A stretch of 64,000 bases of DNA from Octopus sinensis (GCF_006345805.1 NC_042998.1:164114001-164178000), one strand, 5' to 3'. Shown: positions 12,031 through 26,168, numbered from the stretch's first letter. Program-made: numbers and translations. Notes: a model not told the origin generated them from the letters alone.

Positions 12031-12515
12031 AATATATACATATATATATATATGAGAGTATGATAGAAGAAGGCTAACTCTTCCTTCCGTAGAAGAAAAA
12101 ATTCAAATGTTAACACCAAATGTTAACACCAAAAATTATTTACATCAAAAAGGTGCCTTTTTTCTATGAAAATCCCTATTTTTTACGATGTTTTGACTGC
12201 TGTGTCGCCATTTTTCGGTGTATTTCACTTAAAGAGAATAACAAGCTACATACTGCCAAATTTTTACTTTTCAAAAATTCCAATTCTAAAGGGTCTAAAC
12301 AAACCGCAACGCCGGGCGATACTGCTTGTCGTAAATATAAGGGAGTTTATGTTTCGTTGGTCAGCAGGAATAAGGAATCCTTCTGTTGTAGTTGATAACA
12401 ATTCCTTCAAATAACCATTGTGAGGGCAGTCAAATAATAACAAACATTATATGTTCAGCGTTTTTGAAATTTTATAGATGTCGTCCGTAAACAAGTGTTT
12501 TCCTTTTCTGTTGTG

Positions 12516-12546
<31 letters not shown>

Positions 12547-12554
12547 TGTGTGTG

Positions 12555-12585
<31 letters not shown>

Positions 12586-13080
12586 TTCTGTGTGTGTGTG
12601 TGCGCGCGGGCGTCTACATTTTGTTATTACAAATGATGACTAAAAAAATTTCATATGGAGAAATAACGAAGTGTTCTCGTGAGCACTTTTCGAAATTCAC
12701 AGCATTATTCCTTGACGATTTATTTCTATAAAAGAAACAATTAGTTAAATCTTGTAATTTGTTAATTAATTTATCTTTGATAGGCAGCGAACTGGCAGAA
12801 TCGTTAGCACGTCAAGACATAAACGTTTAGCAGCATTTCTTCCGGCGCTTGACACTTCAGTAATGGGTAAATGACAGAATGTACAGATGGCTTTGTAAGT
12901 ATTTAGTTACATCCCATAGCATTCTAAGTTCAGTCTTAACGGTTTTTCTCCTTTTGCTGGTGTCAATAAGATGACTGTCTACTCATTGCATGCTTTGTTT
13001 GTTCTTTTTTTAAGACAAAAGCATATAATTTTATACGGGTCTTGGTTGATATTTCTAGCAATTCTAGTGACTATCTAGAG

Positions 13081-14116
13081 CAGAGGTCGCCAAATTTTTT
13101 TGACCATCGGCCCCCTTTAGCCACTTTCTCCTTCCGCATCAACCACCCTCCTCATTTAAAATATCTTAATACCCTACCCTACCGTGCCATATCTTAAATG
13201 CGTACCGGGTACTGATGCTGGCAAATAAAATGTTAGCTAAAATATTCATGTACGACAAATTAAGAAATTCTATTGAAGATGACACACTTTTTACAATTAA
13301 AACTACGTGTACGAGCATATAGTATTAAACTTTCAATTTTCACGGTTAGAAATTGTGAAAAACGCATCATATTACCGGAATACCTTTTATTGAAATTGAC
13401 AACAACATTGTAAGGGATGAGCATGGGTATCCTGAATCAAGGCATCTAAACAGGCTGAATGTTGATCAGTTTCAGTCTCAAATCGCCTCGTTTCTCCAGG
13501 TTCAGGCTATTCCTCTGTTTGCTGAGGATTACGTTTGCATGGCTGAAGCTAGCTTCCACCATGTAAGAGCTGGGAAATGTCAGAAGGAATGTTTTCTTAC
13601 TGTACCAAAAGTCACTCAGACTTCTGATCTCAATGGTTTCCGCCGCAATATCGACACTCAAATCAGACAGTTCGCTGATAAAGAGACAACCACAGCACAA
13701 AGGTCGGCGTAGTGTCCAAGTGATCAACATTCCAGCTTCACAAATCCAACATCTACAATGACTTATCAGAAAAACGTTTATGAGATATGTATTTAATATC
13801 TTATCTCCCCTAGCAGACCTAGTCATTTTCCTAAGTACACACTTAACAATCCGCATCCTCTCAGTCACGCCTCTCAACCTTCGATTACGATACAGATTAC
13901 AAGATCAGGCCTCAAACATTAGCAACAGCAGACTTCTCACTGCAGTGAAAATTTATCATATTTTCCCGTTTCTTGGCACTAAGTATTTCAAGCAGTTCAT
14001 CTGGGTGAGCTGGTCTTTCGCATGCCGATCTCCATTCAACCCTTTGGCTATCATTGACTGCCTGTAATTCCTCGCCGACCCTAGGGGGTCCCTCGGAACC
14101 CCTTTGGTAACCCTTG
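13081..14116. mobile_element. Non-autonomous hAT (Buster/Charlie-like) element with TIRs and an 8 bp TSD
   Basis: TIRs CAGAGGTCGCCAAA / TTTGGTAACCCTTG (10 of 14 match). The exact TSD ATCTAGAG is at 13073-13080 and 14117-14124. The minus strand at 13446-13600 encodes LLTFPSSYMVEASFS...RNSL...DLRLKL, the hAT C-terminal dimerisation region. Confidence 0.9.
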
Positions 14117-14124
14117 ATCTAGAG

Positions 14125-14230
14125 CAGGGGATCTCAAACAATTTTTTATTTATGGACCCTTTTGATTGCTATTTTATTCTGGTGGACCCTCATCGTCATT
14201 CATTGTTTAACATTTTTAATTTCTTTTTTT
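14125..14230. mobile_element. End of a second hAT-like element
   Basis: Begins CAGGGGATCTCAAAC directly after the ATCTAGAG TSD, with repeated TGGACCCT subterminal motifs. Confidence 0.55.
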
Positions 14231-14239
14231 GTTTTCCAA

Positions 14240-14555
14240 AGTAGTGGGGGAGCATCATAGCCATGTGTTGGGAGGGATTCTTTGGGGTTTGAATAATTCA
14301 CCTCTGGAAACATGGGTGTTTCGTTCAACATCCTAAAACAATCCTTATTCAGGGACCTTTTGAACGGGATGGGTTACTTGACCAGAAGAAAATTCTAACT
14401 GGGCTCCACTTGCAAGGTCATGTGCTGTTTATCTTGATATGAGATCACCATGTCGCGCACATATGGTTGTGATGCATGTGCCTAGTATACCCTTATCAGA
14501 CGGGTAGTCATGATGGGTATACTGGACATCGTATATTTTACCCCAGTGTCACTCA
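14240..14555. repeat. Unclassified interspersed repeat (probably SINE-like)
   Basis: Non-coding, GC-richer block ending in an AATAATAAT tail. I recognise it only from memory as a common cephalopod repeat; there is a single copy in the window. Confidence 0.3.
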
Positions 14556-15689
14556 ATAATAATAACAACAACGTTATTTTACTAAATTTGAGTTGAAAGT
14601 TACCGTCTGTATTTAAATAAATTTTTAAAATTTATTCAATAAATTTCGTAAACTGAATAAATATATCTTCAAACCTTATTAAAACAAAGGCGGTAATTAT
14701 AAGCAGAAATATAGTAGCAAAAGGGTTAACCATACCGTAGTTCTTTTCAAATTATTAAGTGCATGCCGGTCGCGGCCATCACATCTCTTTTAAATAATCT
14801 AACGTATCTAAGGTTTTAGTAGCAAAGATGTCCATCCAATTTTAAGACATAAGGTGTGATACTTTGAGAGTAATTAGACAGGTAGTTCTCGTGGTAGGTT
14901 AACAGGCTCCTTTCAGTATTGGACAAAATGCTCAGCTGTATTTCATTACAGTACTTTGCATTCTGAGAGGTAATATTTATCCCCACTTGAACGTGGCTGT
15001 TCTATTAGAACAAACTATACTGCGGTAGATGCCACGAGAGAAACCCTCATATTGGCTTTTGGCGTAAAATGCCCTCTTGTTTATATCACTACCGGGGAGA
15101 TAAACCCCGCCATCTCCACCGCTGAGACAACCATATCACGTGATTTCAGCCTTGTTTGGTCTTCTCAATGACGGGCGCTAGAGATAGCAGCGTTTCATCG
15201 CCGCGTCTGCGATATATAGAAAAAAACAGTGCCAGAACAGGTACTGGTGTCACGATTAGCCAGTGAGCTTGTTCAAATCCCGCTGGGGCCTACTTAACCT
15301 TTAGCAGTTGATAAACGAAAGTACCAGTCAAATATTGAGGACTGGAAAAAATACCCCAAAATGTGAATGAAATTATTGTGTAAGACTAAGACAGAAATTG
15401 TTTCACTGGTTCGCAAACTTATATTCATATTTTGTGTGTATATGTATGATATACACGCACATACACACATGTATACGTACGTATACGCGCACATACGTTC
15501 GTGTATGCGCATGCGCATAGCAATGATTTTCGCTGCGTGCGATCGCACATCATGCGTCATGGATGTTTTATGCAGACTCTGCATAAATGTGGACATACAA
15601 GTCTCTCACAAATACACACACTAACACACACACACATACACACAAACATTCACATATTTAAATACATGCATATAGTCACACATCGTCTG

Positions 15690-15860
15690 TCGATACGTTC
15701 GGAGTTCAAATTCCGCCGTGCTCGACTTTGCCTTTCATCCTTTCGGGGTCGATTAATTAAGTACCAGTTACGCACTGGGGTCGATGTAATCGACTTAATC
15801 CCTTTATCTGTCCTTGTTTTCCCCTCTGTGTTTAGCCCCTTGTGGGTAGTAAAGAAATAT
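15690..15860 (+). mobile_element. SINE family B, 5'-truncated
   Basis: GAGTTCAAATTCCGCC...CTTTCATCCTTTCGGGGTCGAT...GGGTAGTAAAGAAATA. Confidence 0.85.
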
Positions 15861-16026
15861 ATATACATACACATGCGTTTTTATTATGCTTGAGTAGATA
15901 CATGCATGCATGCAAGTATGTATACGTACATACACATTGGATCAAATGTTGAAAATAGATTCCGTAACTACACATAGATATTGACTATTGAATATAGAAA
16001 TTATGTATGTCTCTCTATTTAATTAC

Positions 16027-16029
<3 letters not shown>

Positions 16030-16122
<93 letters not shown>

Positions 16123-16555
16123 ACAGCCAATATTTCGTCAACAGAGAAACAGATGGATGAAAAAAGGAAGAGAAAACTAGTGGAACAAAAGAGAGAGAAA
16201 AGAGAAGAAAAGAACGAAAGAAAGAAAGATAAAAAGAAAGAGAAACAAAGAAAGGATGATTGAATGAATGAATGAATGAATGAATGAATGAACGGAAGAT
16301 AGAGCGGGAAAGAAAGAAAGAAAGAAAGATAGAAAGAAAAAAGAAAGAGAAAGAAAGAAGAAAGAAAGGAAGAAAGGAAGAAAGAAAGAAAGAAAGAAGA
16401 AAGAAAGAAAAAGGAAGAAAGAAAGACAGAAAGAAAAAAGGAAGAAAGAAAGAAAGAATGAATGAATGAATGAATGAAAAGAATGAGAAAGAAAGAATGA
16501 AAGAAAGCAAGCAAGAAAGAAAGAAAGAAGGAAAGAAAGCAAGCAAGCAGAAAAA

Positions 16556-16588
<33 letters not shown>

Positions 16589-16850
16589 AGGAAAGAAAGA
16601 AGGAAAGAAAGAAGGAAAGAAAGAAAGGAGGTGTTAAATAAGACAAAATGAAAGGAGTAAAATGGGAATGAAAGAAAAACAGTGAAAGAAAGACGTGGAT
16701 AGTAAGAAATATGAGAAAAAGAAAGAGGCCGTGAGAATGAAAAAGAAAACAAGAAAGAATGAAAGGGAGAAAAGAGAGAGAGAGTAAAGGAGGAGAGAAG
16801 AGAGAGAGAGTAAAGGAAGAGAGAGGAGAGAAGTAAAGGAAGACAAGATG
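16030..16850. repeat. (GT)n followed by ~700 bp of purine-rich (GAAA)/(GAAT)/(GAAG) compound microsatellite
   Basis: Read directly from the sequence. Confidence 0.95.
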
Positions 16851-19800
16851 TGAGAATGTCAATTTGGCTGCTTGTCTTATTTGTAAACTATCTCATCAAG
16901 ATTCCTCTGCTAAAAACAACAATCAGTTTTGCTAACAGAGGAATACAAGCTGCTGAGGTGACCGCTTGAACCCGTCACCAACAGAGCAGTAAAATAAACA
17001 AATCTTCTCTTCTTTATCAGTGGTTTTCTTTTCCTTATCGTTTTTCTTCTTTCTTTCATTTTCTTTTTTTATAATCGGAACATATGTCACTTGGTGTATT
17101 TATAAATATCTGTGAAGGGTATGCTACTAAAGTAGGACTGTAGAGTATTTTCATATGTACTGTGTGTGTGTGTGTGTGTGTTTGAAAGCCGGGGCTTTTG
17201 CCTTTTGTGTGTGGTGAGGTTTCGAATAGGAAGCAAAATCGTGACAAGAAACCAAGCGTGTTTTTTTTTTCTAACAGTACTAGAACCAATGAGAAAGTTT
17301 CATGCTGGTCACTTTCTACTTAACAGAAATAGCCACCAATCTCACTCAAATACTTTTTACAGGGATATAAACAAACGGATTCCAATTTGACTTAAGGTGT
17401 GGTAGAAACACATCAGCAAACACACACTTTGTCCAGATTCCGTTTAAAGGTGATGGGATCCTTTTCTTCGTTGATCTGTTTTGGGACAATGTTACATAGG
17501 CCAGAGCCTGTTGAGGGAAAGAAATTGTTTCTGTGTATTTGTGTTGTGATCCTGGTGTGCGTAGGGAACTATGGCCCGTGGTCCTAGCCTTGGATGGATT
17601 TTGAAGCTAATTTTGTGGTCGTTCTCCACATCGTGCAAATGATGTATCGCTCGTGGCGGCGCTGGAAAGAGTAGAGTTTTAATACTTAATTTGGTAACTT
17701 GAATAATGGGAGGAGGCTGCGAATAACCCGTCCTTGTTTTTTCCTGTCCGTCTTCGCATCGTCTATCCGTCCGAGTGTTTTATTGTGGTCGGTTGCGTTC
17801 TTGTTCCAGTTTGGGTATGTGTGTATATACATACAAGGGCGGTGCCCCAGCATGGCCTCAGCCGGATGGCTGAAACAAGTAAAAGAGTAAAAGAGTAAAA
17901 GAGTATATATATATATATATGTATTTATGTATGTATGTGTAAGTTGAATAGGCTTAAAACATGGTCTGGTTTTCACGCTTTTCGTTATGGCATTTTAACA
18001 TTAAAAAATATTTTGGATCTTTTCAATTCTGAAGCCAGTTTTTTCAAATTTTTCCTACTGAACCAAACAATTTGAAACTTCGTATACTGGTAGAATGTGT
18101 CAAAAGTAAACTTAATTGTAAACCAGAATGAAAACGGAATTGTAACTTCTAAGTTTAACGTTGTTTAATAATTAGAATTTTAACCAATGATATTCCGTCA
18201 TTCGGCTTTATTTTATTTACTCCGTCTCGACCACCAATTTGGTGACGTATTAACATCTTACAATGTAACAAGCCGCATGTCTCCGTGAAATCTCCTTCTA
18301 ATTATTTAACGTACTCATGTTTCCAGGATCCTATTGTCAGCACCTTCTAATAACAATATTTAAAACTAGTTAATAAGCCACATGTATTAAATTGAAAATG
18401 TTTCCATTCTGTTAGTACTTGCTTTCGTTTGGCTATTAAGAAGTGACATCTCAGTGACGAGGCTTCTAACAAGATTTCGTTTCTAAGCTAATGCGTTTCA
18501 TTTCACTTATTGTATTTATTTGTGCAAAAGGCAGAAATTTAATATTAAAAAAGCAAAGAGCTGGCAGAAACGTTAGCACGCCGGGCGAAATGCGTAGCCG
18601 TATTTCGTCTGCCGTTACGTTCTGTGTTTGTTTACAGTTTTTCCCGAACGTTAGTACGTCACAAAAGCGCTTTCTACGTCACACTAATAGAATGCAGTCA
18701 AGTTTTAACACATGAAAACAAACAATCTGACTGGTTAAATTCGCAGTTTTAATCTACGATTAAAGTCATAAAATAGATTTTTCTCAAATAAACTAGTTCC
18801 AACCTGTGTCTTGTTTTGCTAGACTCTATCAGCATACGAAGTTTCAGAATATTTAGTTAAGTAGAAAGATCTGTGGTCCTGGCTTCAGAATTGAAAAGAT
18901 TCAATATTTTGTAATGTCCGTAAAGTTCAATTAGCGCTTTCATACGTTCGTTGTAATCATCAGATTTCAAAATTGCACGTGGTTGCAAAGCAACCTTCTT
19001 AACCGCACAGACATACCCCACCATTAAGACATGTTTCTGTGTTGTTGTGACCTCATCTGCGAAGCATAGCCATCACCGTATTTGTCAATGTAGTTTTAGA
19101 ATAACCGTACAAGACTATGCATCTGTTTGCGTACACAAATAGAATTATTTAGACGAGAATAAATAACTCAGCTACACCACCGGCATAAAAGGAATATCTA
19201 AGTCAATGCTAACTAGCAATATGCTTGCAGATAAATTCTTGTGCTGTGACGACTGGCAATTTAGTGGGGCACGTCTTTGTGGAAATGAAATACGTCGGAA
19301 AACTGAGATTGAATTTGACAATAATATACATCGCTTTTTGTTTCTTTTCTACTTTCTTTCGTTACTTCTTTTTTTTTCTATCATTCTGGTCATTCATTCT
19401 TTCCTTTTTTGACTCTTTCTTTCCTTCTTTCTTTTTTCTTTTGTTCTTTTGTTCATTCTTCTTTCCGTTCTTTCTTTCGATTGTGAACGGAAACTGATAT
19501 TTACTTTTGGTGAGTATGAACGCAATGTCACCACTTGATCGTTCTCCTAAATATGAGCAGCACAAATGTAGCTTTTCAGTGCCGCTAGGGACCAACATTC
19601 TTTTGCACAGATCTGGCAACGAAGGCCACCTCTTACAATAGGTGTTCAGAGAGTTTATCATCTATACTGACACATACCTTCATTCCAGCATAGAATTCTT
19701 CAAAGTTTTTGCTGTTGCAGGCATCGCTCGGTCTAAAACATCTACGCAAACATTCACATATCAATTCGTTTATATACAGACACACATAGGTACATATACC

Positions 19801-20009
19801 TATTAATGAGTGAAGTACTCAAGAAGTACCGAGGACCTGATGCTCAAGAAGGACCTGATACTCAAGAAGCCCTGAGAACCTAACACCTTAGACTTACCGG
19901 GCAAATGTATATACCTCAGTCATCAGCAACTGCTTAGAGAAGAAACAAGTAAATGCACAGATCGATGGATGTAAATATTAACAAGAACACACACACACAC
20001 ATACACATA

Positions 20010-20310
20010 ACTGCTGCTCTGTCGGTTACAATAATGAAGGTTCCAGTTGCTCCAATCAACGGAACAGCTTGCTCTTGACATTAACGTGCAAGTGGCTTTA
20101 ATATATTTCCCAGGGAGATTGAGCGTGACACCAAATGTGACGATGCTGGCCCTTTGAAATACAGGTACAACTCATCTTTGCCAGCTGAGTGAACTGGAGC
20201 AACGTGAAATAAAGTGTCTTACTCAACGACACAACGCACCGCCGAGAATCACACTCACGACCGTAGGGTCGTGAGCAGAATATCGTAACCACTTAGCCAC
20301 GAGCCTTCAC
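20010..20310 (-). mobile_element. SINE family C (tRNA head, GTGTC.TTGAG.AAGACACTTT box, AAAGGGCCAGC body)
   Basis: The minus strand reads GTGAAGGCTCGTGGCTAAGTGG...; the body is colinear with 26200-26690 (minus) and 38030-38220 (plus). Confidence 0.8.
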
Positions 20311-20808
20311 AACACTCACGTAATGCATATTTCCACATATATGCAACAAATTGAACATACATCTACACAAGACTTGAGACACTGAACTATCCCATATATT
20401 TCTACACACTTAGAGTTTAGTCACTTTTTACACATTCGATATGGAATCTTCTGTCGATTCTTCTGTTAACTGCACACTTCTGTACACTTTATATAGACAC
20501 TACACACTTTTAACACGTGTATGTGTGCGTTAGAGAGAGAGAAAGAAGGACGGAGCAGAGAGGAGGAGGGAGAGAGAGAGGGGAGGGAGGGAGGGAGAGA
20601 GAGAGAGGAGGGAGAGAGAGATTGTGATAGAGAGAGATAGGAAGCAACGCTTGTTTATAATTATGCTAGGTTGAAGATCACTGGGCCATGAAACTGATAT
20701 GACTAGAAAAAGATATCCAGCTTATATAAGCAATACATTATACACTATCTTTTGTGTAATATCTCCCAATGAATCGTAACATCTGATGATATACATACAT
20801 ACATACCT

Positions 20809-20846
<38 letters not shown>

Positions 20847-20859
20847 GGTTCAAATGTAC

Positions 20860-20975
20860 AGAAAACAAAAGGCAAAGACAGGTGAGAGAAGAAGTAGGTG
20901 TATTAGTTTAATGTATAGGGAGGAAAGTCTTTGACGCTTCTAGCCTACACTATTTGACAGAAATGGATGAGAGGG
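20860..20975 (-). mobile_element. Penelope-like 3' fragment with a degenerate hammerhead-like fold
   Basis: The minus strand reads TTT-CTGTCAA-A-TAGT(GTAG)GCTA-GAAG-C-GTC-AAAGAC...AAACTAATACACC...CACCTGTCTTTG, homologous to 4270-4405. Confidence 0.55.
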
Positions 20976-21364
20976 GGGAAATGTTGAGTGATATATAGAG
21001 TTTACTAGCTTAAATAAAGGTGTAATTTGCTTAGGGGGTGCAAACTCAGGTCCAAAATTTCTTACAAACAACGCCGTTTTTTTTTTTCAATCTTAATATC
21101 AAAACAAACACAGGTATAGTAATACTTTTTATTACTTACTATACATGAAAAAGTAATACTTCAAATCATATCAAAAAAATATTCTATACTCGCTCGTGCG
21201 CTCCCTGCTCGCAATATATTGGACACAGGTTGTAATATATCGGGCACAAGCTGTGTTGTTAACTAGCTGGAGGAGATGTCCTCCTGGAGTTTAAAAAATG
21301 ATAGTAACGTAGTTCCGTACAGAACAGCCATGTTGAAGTGGCAATAAACATTGGTTTAACTCGT

Positions 21365-21510
21365 ATATACACACACACATATATATATAATATATATATA
21401 TATAATATATATATATATACACACACAACACACACACACATATATACAGAATGAAATATATATATATATTATATATTATAACACCACCAATATATAGAAT
21501 GATATATATA

Positions 21511-21562
<52 letters not shown>

Positions 21563-21591
21563 GTATAGAATGTGTAGATAGATAGATAAAC

Positions 21592-21647
<56 letters not shown>

Positions 21648-21651
21648 GATG

Positions 21652-21694
<43 letters not shown>

Positions 21695-21695
21695 G

Positions 21696-21762
<67 letters not shown>

Positions 21763-21763
21763 G

Positions 21764-21828
<65 letters not shown>

Positions 21829-21830
21829 TG
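21365..21830. repeat. (TA)n and long (GATA)n microsatellites
   Basis: Read directly from the sequence. Confidence 0.95.
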
Positions 21831-22396
21831 CTTCTCTCTGTCGTTACCACAGCGCAAGCTTTTGATTTTTAAGTGTTAAAGAAAGGGAAAAAACAACAAA
21901 AATACCTTTAAAAAACGCCACAAAACGAGTTAAGAGTGAATCAAAAGGAATGAAGAAAGGAAAGAAAGAAATTGCCTATTCAAGCATATATGTCAATTGA
22001 TGTCTTTTATTTTTCTGTTAGCTTTTTCTTCAATCACATTGATCAGGTGTAGCAGAAACAGCGTTGAAACCCAGGTGTGTAATTCTGAGAATCATGTTAA
22101 GCTGTTAATAATACAAAGGAGCACTGAAGATTCACTTCTCTCAGATGCCGTAACCCCTTCACTGAAAAGTAAACAAGATTGAGAGAGATGTACAGTTCAA
22201 AAGTTCGTTTTGGCTATACGGAATAAGATTAAAGGAATACAATATGCATATATATGCGCGTGAGTGTGCGCACGTTGTGTGTGTGTGTGTGTATGTGTGT
22301 GTGTGTGTGTGCATTGCATTCGGCTTTAAGCGTGTGTATGTACATTTCGTTGGCAAAAAAATAACGTGAAGGCGAGTACGCGTGTGTGTGTTTGTA

Positions 22397-22756
<360 letters not shown>

Positions 22757-23115
22757 ACGAGAGGAAGAGGTGAATAATGAAAGAAAGGTGGGGTGGGGTG
22801 TTACACTGGCTGCTTAGCCCCAGGTTTGACCAGATTAATAAGGCTTATTATCAAAAACGTTCCAGCTGTGACCATTCAGATTTATTTCTTTATTTATATA
22901 TTTATTTATGTATTTATCTGTGACTGGATTGTCTTTAGAGATGATTTGCCTCCTACATCATGAGGCTTCCATCTTTGCTCGATAAATGTGCGTAGCTGTT
23001 GTTGTTTTTATTTGCTGTTTTTACATCGTTGTTCTTCTTCGTTAGCCCCCGGTTAACTATGATTTAGCAAATTCTGATCAAAGGCATTCCGGTAATAACC
23101 ACAACGAGTTATTTA

Positions 23116-23347
23116 GGCGGCGAGCTGGCAGAATCGTTAGCACGCTGGGCGAAATGCGTAGCCGTATTTCGTCTGCCGTTACATTCTGAGTTCAAATTCC
23201 GCCGAGGTCAACTTTGCCTTTCATCCTTTCGAGGTCGATAAATTAAGTACCAGTTACGCACTGGGGTCGATGTAATCGACTTAATCCGTGTGTCTGTCCC
23301 TGTTCGTCCCCTCTGTGTTTAGCCCCTTGTGGGTAGTAAAGAAATAG
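23116..23347 (+). mobile_element. SINE family B, full length, with a 14 bp TSD
   Basis: Runs AGGCGGCGAGCTGGCAGAATCG...GGGTAGTAAAGAAATAG. TAATAACCACAACG is at 23093-23106 and 23349-23362. Confidence 0.9.
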
Positions 23348-23640
23348 ATAATAACCACAACGCTTTTTTCCTACGTACATGGGACCTAGGATCGATCACA
23401 TTATTCAACGAATGCTTTTTTCCAAAAGAAAACAGTGTGATATGAAGGATATTTAGCTACTATTTTTAGAAGATCCTGTCCAAGACTGCCGCCTGTCCCT
23501 TTTCTTAATGTCAGTTTTTCTTCTTTCCCCTCTAGTGTGGACTGGTCTCAGTTTTAATAAATCAATAATTTATGTTATAAAGTATTTGATACACTTTTAT
23601 CTCTTTATAAGTACACATACTGGTTAGTGAAAAGTTTTTA

Positions 23641-23682
<42 letters not shown>

Positions 23683-24236
23683 GTATTTAGTTTTCCGTTA
23701 AGAAAAGATCAAGAAAAAAAGTATTTCGTCCGGTAAGAGATAAATATTATTTAATATACACAGCATATAGCTATGAGCTACTAATAGTCTCATACATTGG
23801 ATATATTGTCTAGACAGGTTTCAATAACAAGTCTAGGGTCTCCAAGCAATCTTCAAGCTCTGAACATATGGCCTGCACAAGTTACAAATCAGGAACTAGA
23901 GAAAATATGAGAAAAAAAACAAGACGAAATAATATAAATACTATATAAGTATATGCATATATACATACCTACATATATATGTAAACATACATGCAGATAG
24001 GGTACAGGACATTAAAAAAAACGTATACAAAAAGAGAAACGAGAACATAAAAAATAATTTCCAAGTAAGTATATATACATATATAAAGTAACAAACCTTA
24101 CTTACTATTAGGCTTCTATTCATATCTACTACGGAATTATCCCTTCGAGAAAACAGTAAATATAGAAGATTATTGTTAGTTAATTTAAACAATAATTTTT
24201 TTTTATATCAATCAATTTAAATAAATAGAAGAGTTG

Positions 24237-24622
24237 TTGAGAAGTGGCTGAGTGGTATGTAGCTTGTTTACCAACCACATGGTTCCGGTTTCAGTCCCAC
24301 TGCGTGGCACCTTGGGCAAGTGTCTTCTACTATAGCCTCGGGCCGACCAAAGCCTTGTGAGTGGATTTGGTAGACGGAAACTGAAAGAAGCCCGTCGTAT
24401 ATATGTATATATATATATGTGTCTGTGTGTGTTTGTCCCCCTAGCATTGCTTGACAACTGATGCTGGTGTGTTTATATCCCCGTTACTTAGCGGTTCGGC
24501 AAAAGAGACTGATAGAATAAGTACTGAGCTTACAAAAGAATAAGTCCCGGGGTCGAGTTGCTCGATTAAAGGCGGTGCTCCAGCATGGCCGCAGTCAAAT
24601 GACTGAAACAAGTAAAAGAGTA
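24237..24622 (+). mobile_element. SINE family A, full length and well preserved
   Basis: All family modules are present; it ends CAGTCAAATGACTGAAACAAGTAAAAGAG. Confidence 0.92.
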
Positions 24623-25534
24623 TAGAAGATGTAATTGTTTATATATTTTCTGTTTTCTATATATAGAGGAAGACTTAGATTCTTAATTATATACATATAT
24701 ATATACACATCTATCTTATTGTTGTACGTTGTGGTGACAAGGGACTACCTTGGACATGAACGGGTTTCGATTGGTACGTATTTGAGATGTAATGAAGTAA
24801 ATTTCGATGATTGTGAATTGCACTTGGTTGTATCGTCTGTTAGAGTGTTTTTGTTGGGTTTTTTTTAATTGTAATTGATGTATGATTGAATAGTTAACAC
24901 TCACGATCATAAAACAGACATTTGAATTAATTTTTACAATCCAACAGTCCTTTCACGCGGAATTTCGTCTATCTTTATCTGAAGTGACGTATATATAAGG
25001 CAACTGTTATTGTGTTTGTATGTCAGAAAATGTATATAAGTTGAATCAATTTGTTGGCCTTTTATGTTTTTCTTAATAACTGTTTATGCTATATAATATT
25101 AAGTTATATCATATTCATAGTACATCATGTAATATAATATAAATAAATTGTTGGATTGCCAATAATATCTCTCTATTTAATTATCTTTATATGCATATAT
25201 ATATATTTCCCAAAATGATTACGAGAGATGTATAAATCTTAGCGGTTACCGAGTACGCTCTTATCGGTGGTCAATGCCTGGCTAGCCACAGTGAGTGTTG
25301 ATAAAACGCGAGTTTGTTGAATTTATTATACCCGGTTAATCCTCACTTGGTAAATCCGAATGTCTTCATAAGGACTGCATCTTTTCATAGAAAGAATAAT
25401 AAAATTAGTGAAGATCAGGAGAACGGAGTTTTGCAATAACTGTTTTATAAAACTCATATGTGCAAATCTCCGTTTTCATCATCTTCACTAATTTCATTAT
25501 ATATATATATATATATATGTATACATATATTATT

Positions 25535-25890
25535 TTACTCTTCAGTCATTTGACTGCGGCCATGCTGGAGAACCGCCTTTAGTCGAGCAAATCGACCCCA
25601 GGACTTATTCTTTGTAAGCTTAGTACTTTTTCTATAGGTCTCTTGCCGAACCGCTAAGTTACAAAGACGTAAACACACCACCATCAGTTGTCAAACGATG
25701 TTGGGCGGGGGACTAACACAGACACACAAATATATACACACACATACAAATATATATATACATATATAACGGGTTTCTTCCAGTTTCCGTCTACCAAATC
25801 CACTCACAAGGCTATAGTAGAAGGTGTCACGCAGTGGGACTGAACCCAGACCCATGTGGTTGGTAAGCAAGCTACTTACCACACAGCCAA
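25535..25890 (-). mobile_element. SINE family A, inverted relative to 24237-24622
   Basis: The reverse complement is colinear with the family, with an internal deletion. Confidence 0.88.
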
Positions 25891-26123
25891 TATATATATA
25901 TAAAACATACATGTAGGTATGTCTCAGAAATTGCATATATGCGTCTCTGTTTATCATTTACTTACTTGTCATTGGATTGCAGCCTTGAACGGTTGAGTCG
26001 AACAAATCACCTTCAATACATATTTTTAAGTCTGGTACTTATTATGTTGGTCTCTTTCGGCGAACCGCTAATTTACTGACACGTAAACAAACTCCGGGTG
26101 TCATGCAGCAGTGGGGGACAAAC

Positions 26124-26168
<45 letters not shown>

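Noticed and set aside
12855-12900. Mini-exon suggested by AG...GTAAGT
   Set aside because: There are stops in all three frames and no supporting neighbouring exons.
21020-21266. Possible Helitron 3' end (CGGGCACAAG...AACTAG)
   Set aside because: There is no clear subterminal hairpin matching the other Helitron ends and no 5' TC start was found.
24749-24786. 32 nt candidate exon (AG|GGACTACC...GATTG|GTACGT)
   Set aside because: The polypyrimidine tract is weak and there is no homology. Such splice-like pairs are expected by chance in 64 kb.
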